Shown: positions 1 through 9,952 of the stretch, in pieces
Layout: each line of letters opens with the position of its first letter
Numbering within the stretch: position 1 is the first letter of the stretch
Source of the DNA: a virus
Virus record (IMG/VR): IMGVR_UViG_3300031251_000015
Span: 3,599-67,598 of that record
Strand: one strand, 5' to 3'
Length of the DNA: 64,000 bases
Made by a program: the position numbers and the translations under genes
Notes under the pieces: model-generated
Told to the model about the DNA's origin: nothing
Database searches by the model: none
The model's input: only the letters and a program-made list of their open reading frames with translations

Positions 1-396
1 AGCCACTGTAGTAACTGTTGGAAGATCTGTTAAAGTCAGTGTAACAGTTGAAGCTGTTTGACTGGCTAATGACCAAGCGCCCTGATATTGTGTATAATTA
101 GACGGCAAGAACATAGAGGCTGCAGCAAATTTAGCGTCACTTGCTGTTACTCTTGTTACCCATAACATATTTCCCTGTTCAAGATATGACATAGCGGCAT
201 ATCCTAAATAGTGCTGTGGATTAACATTGCCAAAAGTATTAACAAAATCATTTTGCGTAGTAATAAGTATTGGTGTATTAGTTGGACCAGAATCAGCAGT
301 TCCAACCATACCAACAATAGTAGATGATAAGTTTGAAATATATGCAGAGAGATCTTGTTCAACAGCGTAAACACCAGCGGAGATGAAATTAGTCAT
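1..396 (-). CDS. Tail sheath protein (gp18-like), N-terminal part; runs off the window
   Basis: Manual translation from ATG 396: MTNFISAGVYAVEQDLSAYISNLSSTIVGMVGTADSGPTNTPILITTQNDFVNTFG...LWVTRV, a classic sheath N-terminus. AAGGA RBS; next to tail tube. Confidence 0.9.
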   Translation of the reverse strand, partial: MTNFISAGVYAVEQDLSAYISNLSSTIVGMVGTADSGPTNTPILITTQNDFVNTFGNVNPQHYLGYAAMSYLEQGNMLWVTRVTASDAKFAAASMFLPSNYTQYQGAWSLASQTASTVTLTLTDLPTVTTVA

Positions 397-421
397 GAGT
401 TAAAATCCTTTATAACCGATA

Positions 422-910
422 TTACGAAAGTGTTACTTGTGCTTCATCTATAAGTAAAGTTAAAGTTACTTCCTGGTTGCCTTTACCATCTTCCCACGAT
501 AAATCTTTACGCTTTAGATCTTTAGGCCAAGCACCTACTAATACCCAAGATTCAACAACTGAGTGATCTGGGCCATATATTAGTAGAGTAAGATTTTTCT
601 TGTATGAAGAAGCGAATCCCATTAAAGAAGTATTTATGTTATAAACCTGTGTCCACCAAGCTTCAATAGAGTTGGCAGCAGCATTGTCCACCATATCATA
701 AAATGTAACAGTAATATCGCTGTATGTAATTTTAGACCCAGCTACTTTGTAGTAAGTGTGCATTCTATGAATATCTACTTGGTCTACATTCATACTAGGC
801 ATTGTTACAGATTTACAAGTTAGCCGAAGATTGTCGTCAAGTAATATCTCATACCTATTAAGTCTCTTGGGTTCTTGAGTGTTATCTGTCCACCCCATTA
901 ATTGTGCCAT
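422..910 (-). CDS. Tail tube protein (gp19-like)
   Basis: EPKRLNRY, YSDITVTFYD, YKKNLTL..YGP....ESWVLVGAWP..L..DLSW pattern; adjacent to sheath. Confidence 0.88.
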   Translation of the reverse strand: MAQLMGWTDNTQEPKRLNRYEILLDDNLRLTCKSVTMPSMNVDQVDIHRMHTYYKVAGSKITYSDITVTFYDMVDNAAANSIEAWWTQVYNINTSLMGFASSYKKNLTLLIYGPDHSVVESWVLVGAWPKDLKRKDLSWEDGKGNQEVTLTLLIDEAQVTLS

Positions 911-973
911 TGTAAAAGTTCCTTCAAAAAATTGAGTTTATATAACATTCTATATACTACATCTACAAATTAA

Positions 974-1099
974 TTACACTGTTATTTTCTTTCGTTTATT
1001 TTCTTCTTGTTTCTTTTTATTTGGTATCACACGCTCTCTATAAACAGATTCTCGTCTGTTCTTTATATAAGTGTGTAGTGGTTTAATCTTCTTTTTCAT
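974..1099 (-). CDS. 41-aa basic protein, loosely ArfA-like (not in ORF track)
   Basis: MKKKIKPLHTYIKNRRESVYRERVIPNKKKQEENKRKKITV*; ATG directly follows the stop of the upstream gene. Confidence 0.55.
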   Translation of the reverse strand: MKKKIKPLHTYIKNRRESVYRERVIPNKKKQEENKRKKITV

Positions 1100-1100
1100 A

Positions 1101-1403
1101 TTACTTTGTTTCAGTTGTTTCTTCTTTTGTGGTTTCTTCAGGAGGTTCTTTCCCAGACCATTTGGCCCATATAATTCTTACTACTTCTTTGATAGAAGCC
1201 ACTGAATAGCCACCTATAACTAAATAAAAAAGATAGTCAGTCAGTTGCTTGATATACGTAAGTGTAGTAAATATACCATGTGGATTTATTGCCACTGTTA
1301 AATGGATAAGTAACATGACAAAAAAAGATATAGTTGAAATTATACGACCGTAAGAAGCACTTTCATCTGAAGAATATACTTTACTTAACCATGATAAAAA
1401 CAT
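1101..1403 (-). CDS. Two-TM membrane protein, holin candidate
   Basis: S..GR motif before TM1, two hydrophobic segments, charged C-terminus. Confidence 0.5.
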   Translation of the reverse strand: MFLSWLSKVYSSDESASYGRIISTISFFVMLLIHLTVAINPHGIFTTLTYIKQLTDYLFYLVIGGYSVASIKEVVRIIWAKWSGKEPPEETTKEETTETK

Positions 1404-1407
1404 AGTA

Positions 1408-2082
1408 TTATCCTTTCCATATAATATTTTTTATAATTCTTCCTATGGTTGCTTGAGAGACATTAAATATTAAAGATAAATCTTGTTGAGATATTTTTAA
1501 TATTTTATAATTTTCTCGAATTCTATCTACTTCATTTTTAGTTAATTTAGCCATGTGGTTCTTTTCTCCCATCTGACTATAAGATATTTTACCACCAAAA
1601 TCACTTGGTTTTTTCTTTCCTTTTGTACTATTTGATATTTTTTCACCAAAACTTTTTGGATGTTTATATCCCAAAGAACGCGTATTTCCTATAAGACTTT
1701 TCGATATTTTTTTCTTTTGTTCTTCAGTAATTGGATTATTATTTATATAATTACACACAGCATCTGATATTTTCTTTCGTAATTCTACAGTATATTCTTT
1801 TATAATTCTACCACCATCGCCACCATCTGACCTATTCATTCCTATCTTTGGGTTTGTAGAATTATAAAAAGATATCCAGTATATTTCTCGCTCATTTAAT
1901 AATTTTTTATCTTGTATATTATCTTCAATTATTTCTTTTTTAAATTGATTTTTACCATATTTTTTAATTTTTGCTTTAAGTATAATACCAGAACCTAAAT
2001 ACTTTGGGTTATTTATAACACTTTGCCCAATGTAAATAAGTCCAGTAGCAATTTCGGTTGTTTTATATATAATCATAAGCAC
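1408..2082 (-). mobile_element. GIY-YIG homing endonuclease with NUMOD3-like repeats and C-terminal HTH
   Basis: IIYKTT...IYIGQS, YLGSG, LNEREIYWI, N..DGGDGG; C-terminal AKLT...SQQDL..FNVSQATIGRI....W. Confidence 0.9.
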
Positions 2083-2088
2083 TCATAC

Positions 2089-2670
2089 TTAATTATTAGA
2101 TAAAAAGGAATCCATTTTTTGTTTAGTCAGATTAATTATATTTTCAGGTATTTCACATACTTGAGAGTTTCTGAAAACTATAGCAAGTAAATCAAAAGAT
2201 AGTTCTATGTTTATCTTGTTCGTGTCACCGTTATGAGCATCTAAAAAATGACAACTGGAGCACATACACACTAGGTTATTAGGTTCTACAAGGTATTCTG
2301 GATATTGTGATTTACGTAAAATATGATGAATATGTAAATCAGTTTGTTTTCCACAAAGTACACATTCATTATTGTCTCGTTTTTTTATATAATCATGAAC
2401 AGGTTTTACAAATGTATAATATAAAAATCTATGTCGATTAGTTGGAAAGGTATAACTGGCATGATTTTCTCTTTGCTTTAAACGTAACTCAGTATTATAA
2501 CAACCACAGCTTAATGTATCGCTGCCTAGATGGTCTGCTCTAACTGAAACTATATTGTTACATTTACATCTACATATCCAGTAAGAATGGCTTCCTTGCT
2601 TGGTCCAGTCACGTTTAACAGCTGTTAAAAACCCAAACGTTTGATTACGTCTGTTAATTAAACTACTCAT
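2089..2670 (-). mobile_element. HNH homing endonuclease
   Basis: N-terminal FGFLTA..YWICRCKC..SCGC module; RDNNECVLCG..LHIHHI...NLVCMCSSCH HNH core. Confidence 0.85.
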
Positions 2671-3191
2671 TATTTTACACCAAGGATAACTTCAATTATT
2701 TTATCTAATTCAGTATATAAGTCATCAAGAGAAGTATTGTTCTTAACTACATAATCATACTCAGTAAACAAATCAAATTCTAATTCAGATTGATGAGTTA
2801 GCTTTATCGCGCCTCTTTGTATTCGTATTTCTTCATCAGCTTCTATTTTAATTATAATAAATCCTTCTTCTTTTAACCTACATAACTCATTTAGATATCG
2901 AGCATCTGTAACTATAACTGGAATATACTTTGGTTCAAATTTAATATCTTTAATAAGAGCATCAATCCAAATAGTAGGTTTATGCTGTCTTGCCCAGTCT
3001 CCAAGAAACTGTAAAAATGCTCTATCTTTATTTTCAGGCAAGTCTAAAAACTCCTGAACCATATATAAAATGTCGTATAAAGGCTTGGCAAAAGAAAAAG
3101 ATTTAGCTTGTAACAAATATTGTCGTGTTAAATATTCCGCTGAAGAATCTTTACCCGAGCGCATTGGTCCTGAAAAAGCTATACGTATCAT
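2670..3191 (-). CDS. Deoxynucleoside monophosphate kinase (gp1-like)
   Basis: IAFSGPMRSGKDS P-loop, FAKPL, DRAFLQ, VTDARY.NE, HQSE. Start moved to ATG 3191 (GGAGA RBS, promoter box at 3213-3222). Confidence 0.85.
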   Translation of the reverse strand: MIRIAFSGPMRSGKDSSAEYLTRQYLLQAKSFSFAKPLYDILYMVQEFLDLPENKDRAFLQFLGDWARQHKPTIWIDALIKDIKFEPKYIPVIVTDARYLNELCRLKEEGFIIIKIEADEEIRIQRGAIKLTHQSELEFDLFTEYDYVVKNNTSLDDLYTELDKIIEVILGVK

Positions 3192-3234
3192 TAAATCTCC
3201 ATATATAATATAAGTATCGACAATTGTTGGCATA

Positions 3235-3266
3235 AAAAAAGAAGAACCCGAAGGTTCTTCTTTTTT
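3235..3266 (-). terminator. Intrinsic terminator after the major capsid gene (symmetric, could be bidirectional)
   Basis: AAAAAAGAAGAACC-CGAA-GGTTCTTCTTTTTT; TTCG loop on the minus strand. Confidence 0.85.
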
Positions 3267-3285
3267 ACTTAATTAATCGTTACAG

Positions 3286-4893
3286 TTAAACGACACCGTA
3301 ATCAGCGGCTGGAGTGCCACCAGAAGTATAAAGATTCTGTACCTGTAAAACACCTAGACCATGGGCACCATCAAGTAGTACCTGGTGGTCATAACGTTGC
3401 TGTAGACCAACGACTGTGCTGAAGATGTCGCCGGAAAGAACGTCAATACTTGGAGGAGTTAGATAAGTTACGAAGGGGAAGTAAGCATAAGGAGCTTTAC
3501 CTAGATCCTTGGAAGTGAAACCCATTAGAATCTTGTCTGACTGAGGGAACTGAGGAGCGCGAGCTACTGTAAAGTTATTAACGGTGCCAAACTTCTCGCC
3601 GCCAATTTCTGATTCGCCCTGTGGCTTGTGACTCATATCCTGCATCTTGAATTCAGCAGTATTCTGAAGTAGGGTAAATACGTGTGGGTGAGTTACTGCG
3701 AACATTCCTTCACCACGGAGGAAGTCAATTGACATGTCATTAGCAAGATAGTTCATCTTGTGGACTAGTTCTTGGTTCTTCTGGAACATTGTTCCACGGA
3801 AACTATTGGCTGGGTATGACGCATCGTAAGTAGAAACCTTACCAGCGTTAGCCATCATGTCCATCATCATTTCTAGGTCGATTTCAAGAGCCATTGACTC
3901 TGTCATTCCACCGACTAGCTCTTTAAGAGCGTCCATACGACCTTCAGTATAAGCCTCTAGGTCCTGGATTGCTTCAGCTGAAATCTGAGCAAAGTTCTTA
4001 CGTGAACGAGTACTTACCTGAATCAGACTTTGAACGAAGCTAACTTCACCAAGAGCCTTATTACGTTCCTGGTTATACTGATAACTAACCTGGAAAGTAG
4101 CGGTTCCACCAAGACCAGTTAAACCAGCAGCGGTAAACGCATTGGCAGCAGTTTCAGCAAGACTAATGGAAGGGACACCAGAACCATTAACAGTAATTGT
4201 TCCGTTAATAACTGAGGGAGCGACAGCAGCCATGGCACCAGCTCCGTTATCTACAGCAATAACTGCAGTATTACGAGGATTGGTACTATCATAAACTGAA
4301 ATAGAAGCAGTTCCGCTGATATATGGTGAGTAAGTTGGAGTATAGCCAGATAGAGCACTGGTTCCACCAACTTCATTTACTACCTGACCTGAGTAATTAG
4401 GATCAATTCCCTGAGTCATATCTTCATAAGCAGTAGAACCTGAACCAAACTTCTTGTAATTAGCTGGGTCCATGTATTCACGACCTGCAGTAGTAGCACC
4501 CTTAGTGGTGTTACGAGAAAGTCGGAAGGTCTGAATGACTTGTGTAGGAACATCAAGCTGACGGGTAGCAATAAACTTGGTTACAACAATCTGTGGAAAT
4601 ACGCGGGTAATAATTGTTGGTAACATGGCCTTGTTATAGGTAGCTACTGAAGATGATGTAGTGGCTTCAGTTAAGGGCTGGTTACGAGTAGCATACTGAA
4701 GTGACTTTACAGCATGAAGGAAAATTGTGTTACGATATTCTGGGTCATTAGTAACTGTCTGAAGATTCTCGTTAAAGGTCTTCCAGAATGAGGACTTGCC
4801 AGCTTTCTTTGCGGCACTTTCATCGCGTTCAAGAATAGCTTTTACACGTTGCTCACTTAGCATTTCTAAATTGACAGGGTTGTTTTTAAACAT
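3286..4893 (-). CDS. Major capsid protein (gp23-like)
   Basis: PLTE|ATT maturation site, LPTIITRVFPQIV, RSRKN...EAIQDLEA, MALEIDLE, YAYFPFV, VGLQQRY; follows protease and scaffold. Confidence 0.92.
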   Translation of the reverse strand: MFKNNPVNLEMLSEQRVKAILERDESAAKKAGKSSFWKTFNENLQTVTNDPEYRNTIFLHAVKSLQYATRNQPLTEATTSSSVATYNKAMLPTIITRVFPQIVVTKFIATRQLDVPTQVIQTFRLSRNTTKGATTAGREYMDPANYKKFGSGSTAYEDMTQGIDPNYSGQVVNEVGGTSALSGYTPTYSPYISGTASISVYDSTNPRNTAVIAVDNGAGAMAAVAPSVINGTITVNGSGVPSISLAETAANAFTAAGLTGLGGTATFQVSYQYNQERNKALGEVSFVQSLIQVSTRSRKNFAQISAEAIQDLEAYTEGRMDALKELVGGMTESMALEIDLEMMMDMMANAGKVSTYDASYPANSFRGTMFQKNQELVHKMNYLANDMSIDFLRGEGMFAVTHPHVFTLLQNTAEFKMQDMSHKPQGESEIGGEKFGTVNNFTVARAPQFPQSDKILMGFTSKDLGKAPYAYFPFVTYLTPPSIDVLSGDIFSTVVGLQQRYDHQVLLDGAHGLGVLQVQNLYTSGGTPAADYGVV

Positions 4894-4948
4894 TTACTTA
4901 TCTCCTGGATAAAATTAATTATATTTTTTATTATAGTTTAGGAAAATA

Positions 4949-5812
4949 TTAACCTAAATAAATCTCATAATCTAAAGCAGATATATCTTTCTTATCTGAT
5001 GTAACTTCTTTTGTTTCATTTTTCTTAGTATTTATTGCTTCTGCTATAACTTTTACTTTATTTCGCTGTGTAGATTGTGTTGAAGTTTCTACTGGCTTTA
5101 CTTCTTCTGTTACAACTACTTTTTCAGTTTCTGCCTTTTTAGCAAGCTCTGTTTCTTTTTCTTTTAGAGCAGATTTAGCAGCTTCAAGGGCTTGCTTACC
5201 TTCAACTAATGTTTTGGGTTCTAATTTTAATACTGTCTCATATAGTAATGCTACTTTTTCTGTTGGATACCCAGAGCATTCAGCTACAACTAATGAATGT
5301 AAATCACCTGATAATGACTTAGCTTCAAGAGTTCTAACTTTCTTGGTAGCTTCGTTGAGCTTCTTTTTAAGGTCATCTATATCAGCCTGAGTCTTTCCAA
5401 CTATTTCATTAATGTTCATAAAAGGAGCTAATTCACGCATAGCTCTTGAAAAAGCTTCCTGAAGTTTAGCTGAGTTACTTGAGGTCTTAACATCCTCCTC
5501 AATAGCTATAGTTAGATTTTTAACTGACTCATTAATAAATTCGTAGACTTCTTTTCCTAATTTCTTCTTTGCTTCATTAAATTTACTTTCGTAAAATTCC
5601 TTTAATTTAGCTTCAAAAAGATTTGACTTAGCTAAAATAGTCTTTTTGAAAATATAAGATTCTTTTTCAAAAGATTTCTTCTGTTCAGCTAATTTAATTT
5701 TTTCAGCTTCAAGAGAGGCTTTAGTTTCTTCAACAGCCTTCTGAATCTGTTCCTCTAGTACCTGACGAACATCAGCGTTAGCTAACAGTTCTTTAATTGA
5801 TTTCATGTCCAT
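4949..5812 (-). CDS. Prohead scaffolding protein (gp22-like)
   Basis: K/E-rich coiled coil lying between protease and capsid, the T4 gene order. Confidence 0.7.
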   Translation of the reverse strand: MDMKSIKELLANADVRQVLEEQIQKAVEETKASLEAEKIKLAEQKKSFEKESYIFKKTILAKSNLFEAKLKEFYESKFNEAKKKLGKEVYEFINESVKNLTIAIEEDVKTSSNSAKLQEAFSRAMRELAPFMNINEIVGKTQADIDDLKKKLNEATKKVRTLEAKSLSGDLHSLVVAECSGYPTEKVALLYETVLKLEPKTLVEGKQALEAAKSALKEKETELAKKAETEKVVVTEEVKPVETSTQSTQRNKVKVIAEAINTKKNETKEVTSDKKDISALDYEIYLG

Positions 5813-5840
5813 ATCTGTTCACCTATAAAATAATTACTTA

Positions 5841-6461
5841 TTACTGAAAATAACTTCGTAGCTCTTCAATAAACTTTTTACGTTCTAATTCTCTTTCTAA
5901 CTGACGTTTAAAGTCAGCTCCTTCATTAACTGGTTGAATAAATGCTTTTTGTGTTGACGGGTCATGCACACAATCAAATGTTACTAATTTATATTCATCT
6001 ACTGTGGTGCTATCGTAACCTTCAGTTATTGAACCAAAGCCACGACTTGAAATACCCACAGTACAGTTGTTTCTAATTAATGCACCGAGTAGTCTGCCAG
6101 AAGGAGTTCCAGCTGGGCCTGGGTCATCAAATACAACAGCTTCACCAATTAAATCGCTACCTGAAAACTTTAAAGTAGTTATTACATGACTTACATTCTT
6201 TAAAGATACTGTAGGAGATTGATCTGCTGGGTGGTCTAATTCCCCAAACATATTACGAGACATTAAGCTTTCACTTGCTTCCTGAATGGCTTTATCTAAT
6301 ACCTTATAAGGATAGATTCTTCCATTTTGATTTTTTGAATCTGCTCGTTGAAAAATACCACGAATTTTCAAACTTTTCCATGAAGATTGTGGATTAATTT
6401 TCTCTTCCAGCACTTCAAAGCCGTGTGTGGATGAGGTTATTTCAACTAATTGGTTAAACAT
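5841..6461 (-). CDS. Prohead core protease (gp21-like)
   Basis: GIFQRAD.KNQNGRIYP, GELDHP, VSHVIT, TPSGR, GISSRGFGS, TFDCVHDPST. Confidence 0.95.
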   Translation of the reverse strand: MFNQLVEITSSTHGFEVLEEKINPQSSWKSLKIRGIFQRADSKNQNGRIYPYKVLDKAIQEASESLMSRNMFGELDHPADQSPTVSLKNVSHVITTLKFSGSDLIGEAVVFDDPGPAGTPSGRLLGALIRNNCTVGISSRGFGSITEGYDSTTVDEYKLVTFDCVHDPSTQKAFIQPVNEGADFKRQLERELERKKFIEELRSYFQ

Positions 6462-6473
6462 TATTAATCCCTA

Positions 6474-7745
6474 TTAAACTACGGGTTGATTCTGTGGTTC
6501 TTGTTGAGGAAGTTCTGGAGACTGGCCCATAGGATTTTCACCAAGTTCTTCAGTTGGTTCACCCTCTTCTTCTGGCTCTTCTGCTGAATCTGGATCTTCT
6601 CCTTCGTCGTCATTCTTGAGTTCGATTTCTTCAGCACCTAAATCTTGTTCTGGTGTATACAAATCCGAATCAAGGAAATATTCTAATACTGGATGCCACT
6701 GTGCTTCTATTGAAGAAAGTTCGTCATCAGCTAACTCAGGACTATTTAAAACATCTATATCATGCTTAAGTTTATCGTCTAAATCTGCGTTAACCTTTGC
6801 ATTTTCCGGATTATTAGCCTCACGACTAACGAACTCTGACATGCCATTGAGAATAGACAGTAATACAGTTTTGTGCAGTTCTTTGATTTCTTCATCACTT
6901 AATTTAGAAGGATCGAATTCTTCAAATTCGTGCTTTCCTTCTTCCTCTTCTGGAAATTCATTTTCTATATCTTCTGGAGCGCTATAATCTTCTCCTTCAA
7001 TATCGTCATCTTCTTCATTTTCAAACTTGCCATCATCTAATTTATAACCGTTATCAAGTTCATGGCTAATATCATCATTAGCTTCTGTTAACGTTTTAGC
7101 AGTTTCAAAAAGTTTTTCAGTAAGTATTTCTGCTAAATCTTTATTACCAAGTAGGGCGTCTTCTACTATTGGTAACACTTTTGTTTTACCAAGGAATAAA
7201 ACACAGCCACAAGTTTCAATTAATGAAGCGCATTCTGCTACATCAAACTCTTTACTTTCAGCTAATGTGGCAAGAGAAAAAACTTCAGACTTAAATTCAG
7301 AAATTTGTGAAGTTGCTTTCTTACGAAGTTTAAATCCTGGTGCCTTTTTTACCAAGTTTTCTGTAAATGTTTGTGGAAATTTTGTTCGAAGAAGATTAAA
7401 CTGATAAAATTCCTCACAGAAATTCCTCATGTCTTCTTCAGCGGTAACATAGTCATCCTCAACTAAATTATCAATAAGTTTAAATAATGATTCTTTTAAT
7501 TCCTTTTCAGTATCTTTAGCTGAAACATAAATGACCTCATTGTCTAGTATATCATCGGAGGTCATTTTAGCTTCTGCCAAATTATGTTTAAACTTGGCTA
7601 TGACTAAATAATTATTTTTCTGGAATAACACAGCATCATCTGTATATTCTAGAATGGTGCAATCTTCTGTTAAAAGATTACATAGTTTTTGCCCTAAAGC
7701 AGCATTACCGCTCTTAAGAATACTTGTTAAAGTCTTTAAACTCAT
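6474..7745 (-). CDS. Acidic head-morphogenesis protein (prohead core candidate)
   Basis: Lies between portal and protease; very D/E-rich with many L-x-E sites. Confidence 0.45.
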   Translation of the reverse strand: MSLKTLTSILKSGNAALGQKLCNLLTEDCTILEYTDDAVLFQKNNYLVIAKFKHNLAEAKMTSDDILDNEVIYVSAKDTEKELKESLFKLIDNLVEDDYVTAEEDMRNFCEEFYQFNLLRTKFPQTFTENLVKKAPGFKLRKKATSQISEFKSEVFSLATLAESKEFDVAECASLIETCGCVLFLGKTKVLPIVEDALLGNKDLAEILTEKLFETAKTLTEANDDISHELDNGYKLDDGKFENEEDDDIEGEDYSAPEDIENEFPEEEEGKHEFEEFDPSKLSDEEIKELHKTVLLSILNGMSEFVSREANNPENAKVNADLDDKLKHDIDVLNSPELADDELSSIEAQWHPVLEYFLDSDLYTPEQDLGAEEIELKNDDEGEDPDSAEEPEEEGEPTEELGENPMGQSPELPQQEPQNQPVV

Positions 7746-7825
7746 TAGAATGCCTTTTCTAAAATGTAGTTACTTACATCCATACTTACAATTTAATTAT
7801 ATAAAACCACTAACACTTTAATATA

Positions 7826-9760
7826 CTATTCAAATATCTCTTCTGGTTCTGTTAAACTTGATTTTTTATTTTCCACAAGAGAGGTAACACATCGTTTTTT
7901 ATCATGAAGTGGAAGTAAACCACCATCTTTAATACTTTCTTCTAATATTTTTATACTATTCTTATATCTAACAACTTCACATACAGTGTCATTTGTTTCT
8001 AAAATTAAACCACCAATATATCGTCTATTTTGCATTAAAGGAACTCCAGCTTGGCCACCCATATCTGGAGACATTGGTTGACCACCTTGTTGTGATTGAT
8101 CTGGCATCTGTTCAGCGCCCATATCTTCTGGTGACATTCCTTGACCACCCATATTAGAGAAATCTTCTCCACCCATAGGCATTCCTCCACCCATACCGCC
8201 CATTCCTTCCATGCCAGCTTGTGGTGCTGTAGGATCAATTTTAAATATCTCTTCAATTTCAGCGTCTGATTTATTTAATACAGTTTTAGCTACCCAACGA
8301 CGATTAGCTCCCCAACCAGTCCATTTAGCTGCTAAATCAAGTAAAGCACCATCGTTTTCTATTCTTGCTTTTTCTTCAACATAGGAAGGACGAGACATTA
8401 CTAAATTAAAAGATTTTAATTCAGTCTTACTTGAAATACCCCGAATAGCTAAATGAATAAAACACAAATCTTTAATAGCTTCAAGAAAATCTTCTTGAAT
8501 ATTTTGAATGGCCTTACTAAAAGTAACATTCTGCTGTGATAACATTCCCTTTGAAGATACATCACCTTCGTATCCAAGGAAAGATTTAGGAACTTTAAGA
8601 GCAGAAAATAGCCGATTATTTAAAAATTCTACATCCTCAATCTTACCGATATCAGCAACTCCAGCCAGTTGTTCTACTTTAGTTGCTCCATTTTTCTGCA
8701 TTGGAATATATAAGTTAGCATTCATATCAAGCAGCTGATAACGTTCATTAAGTTTACCAGTTGGATCAAAATACTCTTTTTTAGCTAATGCGTTTATCTG
8801 TTTCTTTACTATATTTTCAGCATCAGCGCCTTGATTGTTTCCTACATCAACGTAAAAAACTAATCTGGTTGGTGCCCTGTTTAATCTATAAATAATAAGA
8901 GAATCAAATAATAAATCAAGTTTCTTCCAAGTATCTACAGCTGCGTCTAACGGGCTTGTTCCATAAGGCATAAACAAACCATTTCCACGAAGTTTAAAGT
9001 GTAGCATTTCATATTTTAAGAAAGTTATTAAAGAATTTTCGTTTTCTTTTTGAGCACTATCACCTGTCATATAAGGTAACGATAGAGTATTAAGATTTAC
9101 ATATGGATTTGTAGTAGCTGAACTAACATTGGCATTCTGAACAGCGCTCTTTAACACGTCTATATCTTGAACGTATCCAATTAAACTTCCCTTATCTTCT
9201 AGTCTATAAACAGAAATAGCGTCTATTTCAGTTAAATCAGTTACTCCGCCTACTGAATCTAATTTTAACGCCACAAAATGGTCACCATATTTAACCATAT
9301 TTCGTATAATAGACCAACTTCTATAATTATTTATTCCTAAATCAGTTAATAATGTTTCAAGTTCATCTTGAATGTAACGAGAAGAAGAGTGGACACCAAC
9401 TACTTTACCTTGTTGATTTTTTTGAGTGGCTTCATTAGCATAAACATCAATGGCTGAAGCTATTAAATCAGTGTCCATTCTATCATACATAGTATATCTA
9501 CCATGTCGTAGAGTTTCTCGTTCAAGATATTTATGATAATTTTTTCCTAAACCTTCTTCATTAAAAATTGTTCCACGGCCCATTCCCTTTTTGGAAATTA
9601 CCGTTGGTTCTACTGCCGGTTTAGCTGATAGTTCTCTATTAGTGGTGCTTAATGCTTTTTCAATAGAGTTTCTCGCAACAAACTCTCCTGGTTTGCTGTT
9701 ACTAAATACTCTGCCAAGTGCCGTAAATATATTTTTAAGTTGGAAAGGTGAATCGGCCAT
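7826..9760 (-). CDS. Portal protein (gp20-like)
   Basis: YDRMD..IASAIDVYANEAT, PYGTSPL, LIIYRLNRAPTRLVFYVDVGN, LFSALKVPKSFLG. Confidence 0.95.
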   Translation of the reverse strand: MADSPFQLKNIFTALGRVFSNSKPGEFVARNSIEKALSTTNRELSAKPAVEPTVISKKGMGRGTIFNEEGLGKNYHKYLERETLRHGRYTMYDRMDTDLIASAIDVYANEATQKNQQGKVVGVHSSSRYIQDELETLLTDLGINNYRSWSIIRNMVKYGDHFVALKLDSVGGVTDLTEIDAISVYRLEDKGSLIGYVQDIDVLKSAVQNANVSSATTNPYVNLNTLSLPYMTGDSAQKENENSLITFLKYEMLHFKLRGNGLFMPYGTSPLDAAVDTWKKLDLLFDSLIIYRLNRAPTRLVFYVDVGNNQGADAENIVKKQINALAKKEYFDPTGKLNERYQLLDMNANLYIPMQKNGATKVEQLAGVADIGKIEDVEFLNNRLFSALKVPKSFLGYEGDVSSKGMLSQQNVTFSKAIQNIQEDFLEAIKDLCFIHLAIRGISSKTELKSFNLVMSRPSYVEEKARIENDGALLDLAAKWTGWGANRRWVAKTVLNKSDAEIEEIFKIDPTAPQAGMEGMGGMGGGMPMGGEDFSNMGGQGMSPEDMGAEQMPDQSQQGGQPMSPDMGGQAGVPLMQNRRYIGGLILETNDTVCEVVRYKNSIKILEESIKDGGLLPLHDKKRCVTSLVENKKSSLTEPEEIFE

Positions 9761-9764
9761 ATAT

Positions 9765-9950
9765 TTAATTCCCTAGTTTTACTCTGTTAAGTAGTTCTTC
9801 TGCTAGCATCTCATCATATCGTTAAAAGTTTCCTTTGTGAGCAATATATAAATGACAAGATTTACATACAGCCATTATTTTATTTTTACTTATATAAAAT
9901 TCTGTTGCATCTTTTTCCAGTTGACATTTTTTACACTTCTTAACAACCAT
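9765..9950 (-). pseudogene. Collapsed Zn-finger/HNH endonuclease remnant
   Basis: MVVKKCKKCQLEKDATEFY..CKSCHLYIAHKGNF*RYDEMLAEELLNRVKLGN*. The tail resembles CSSCHFLDAHNG..ELSFDLL of 2089..2670. Confidence 0.6.
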
Positions 9951-9952
9951 AA

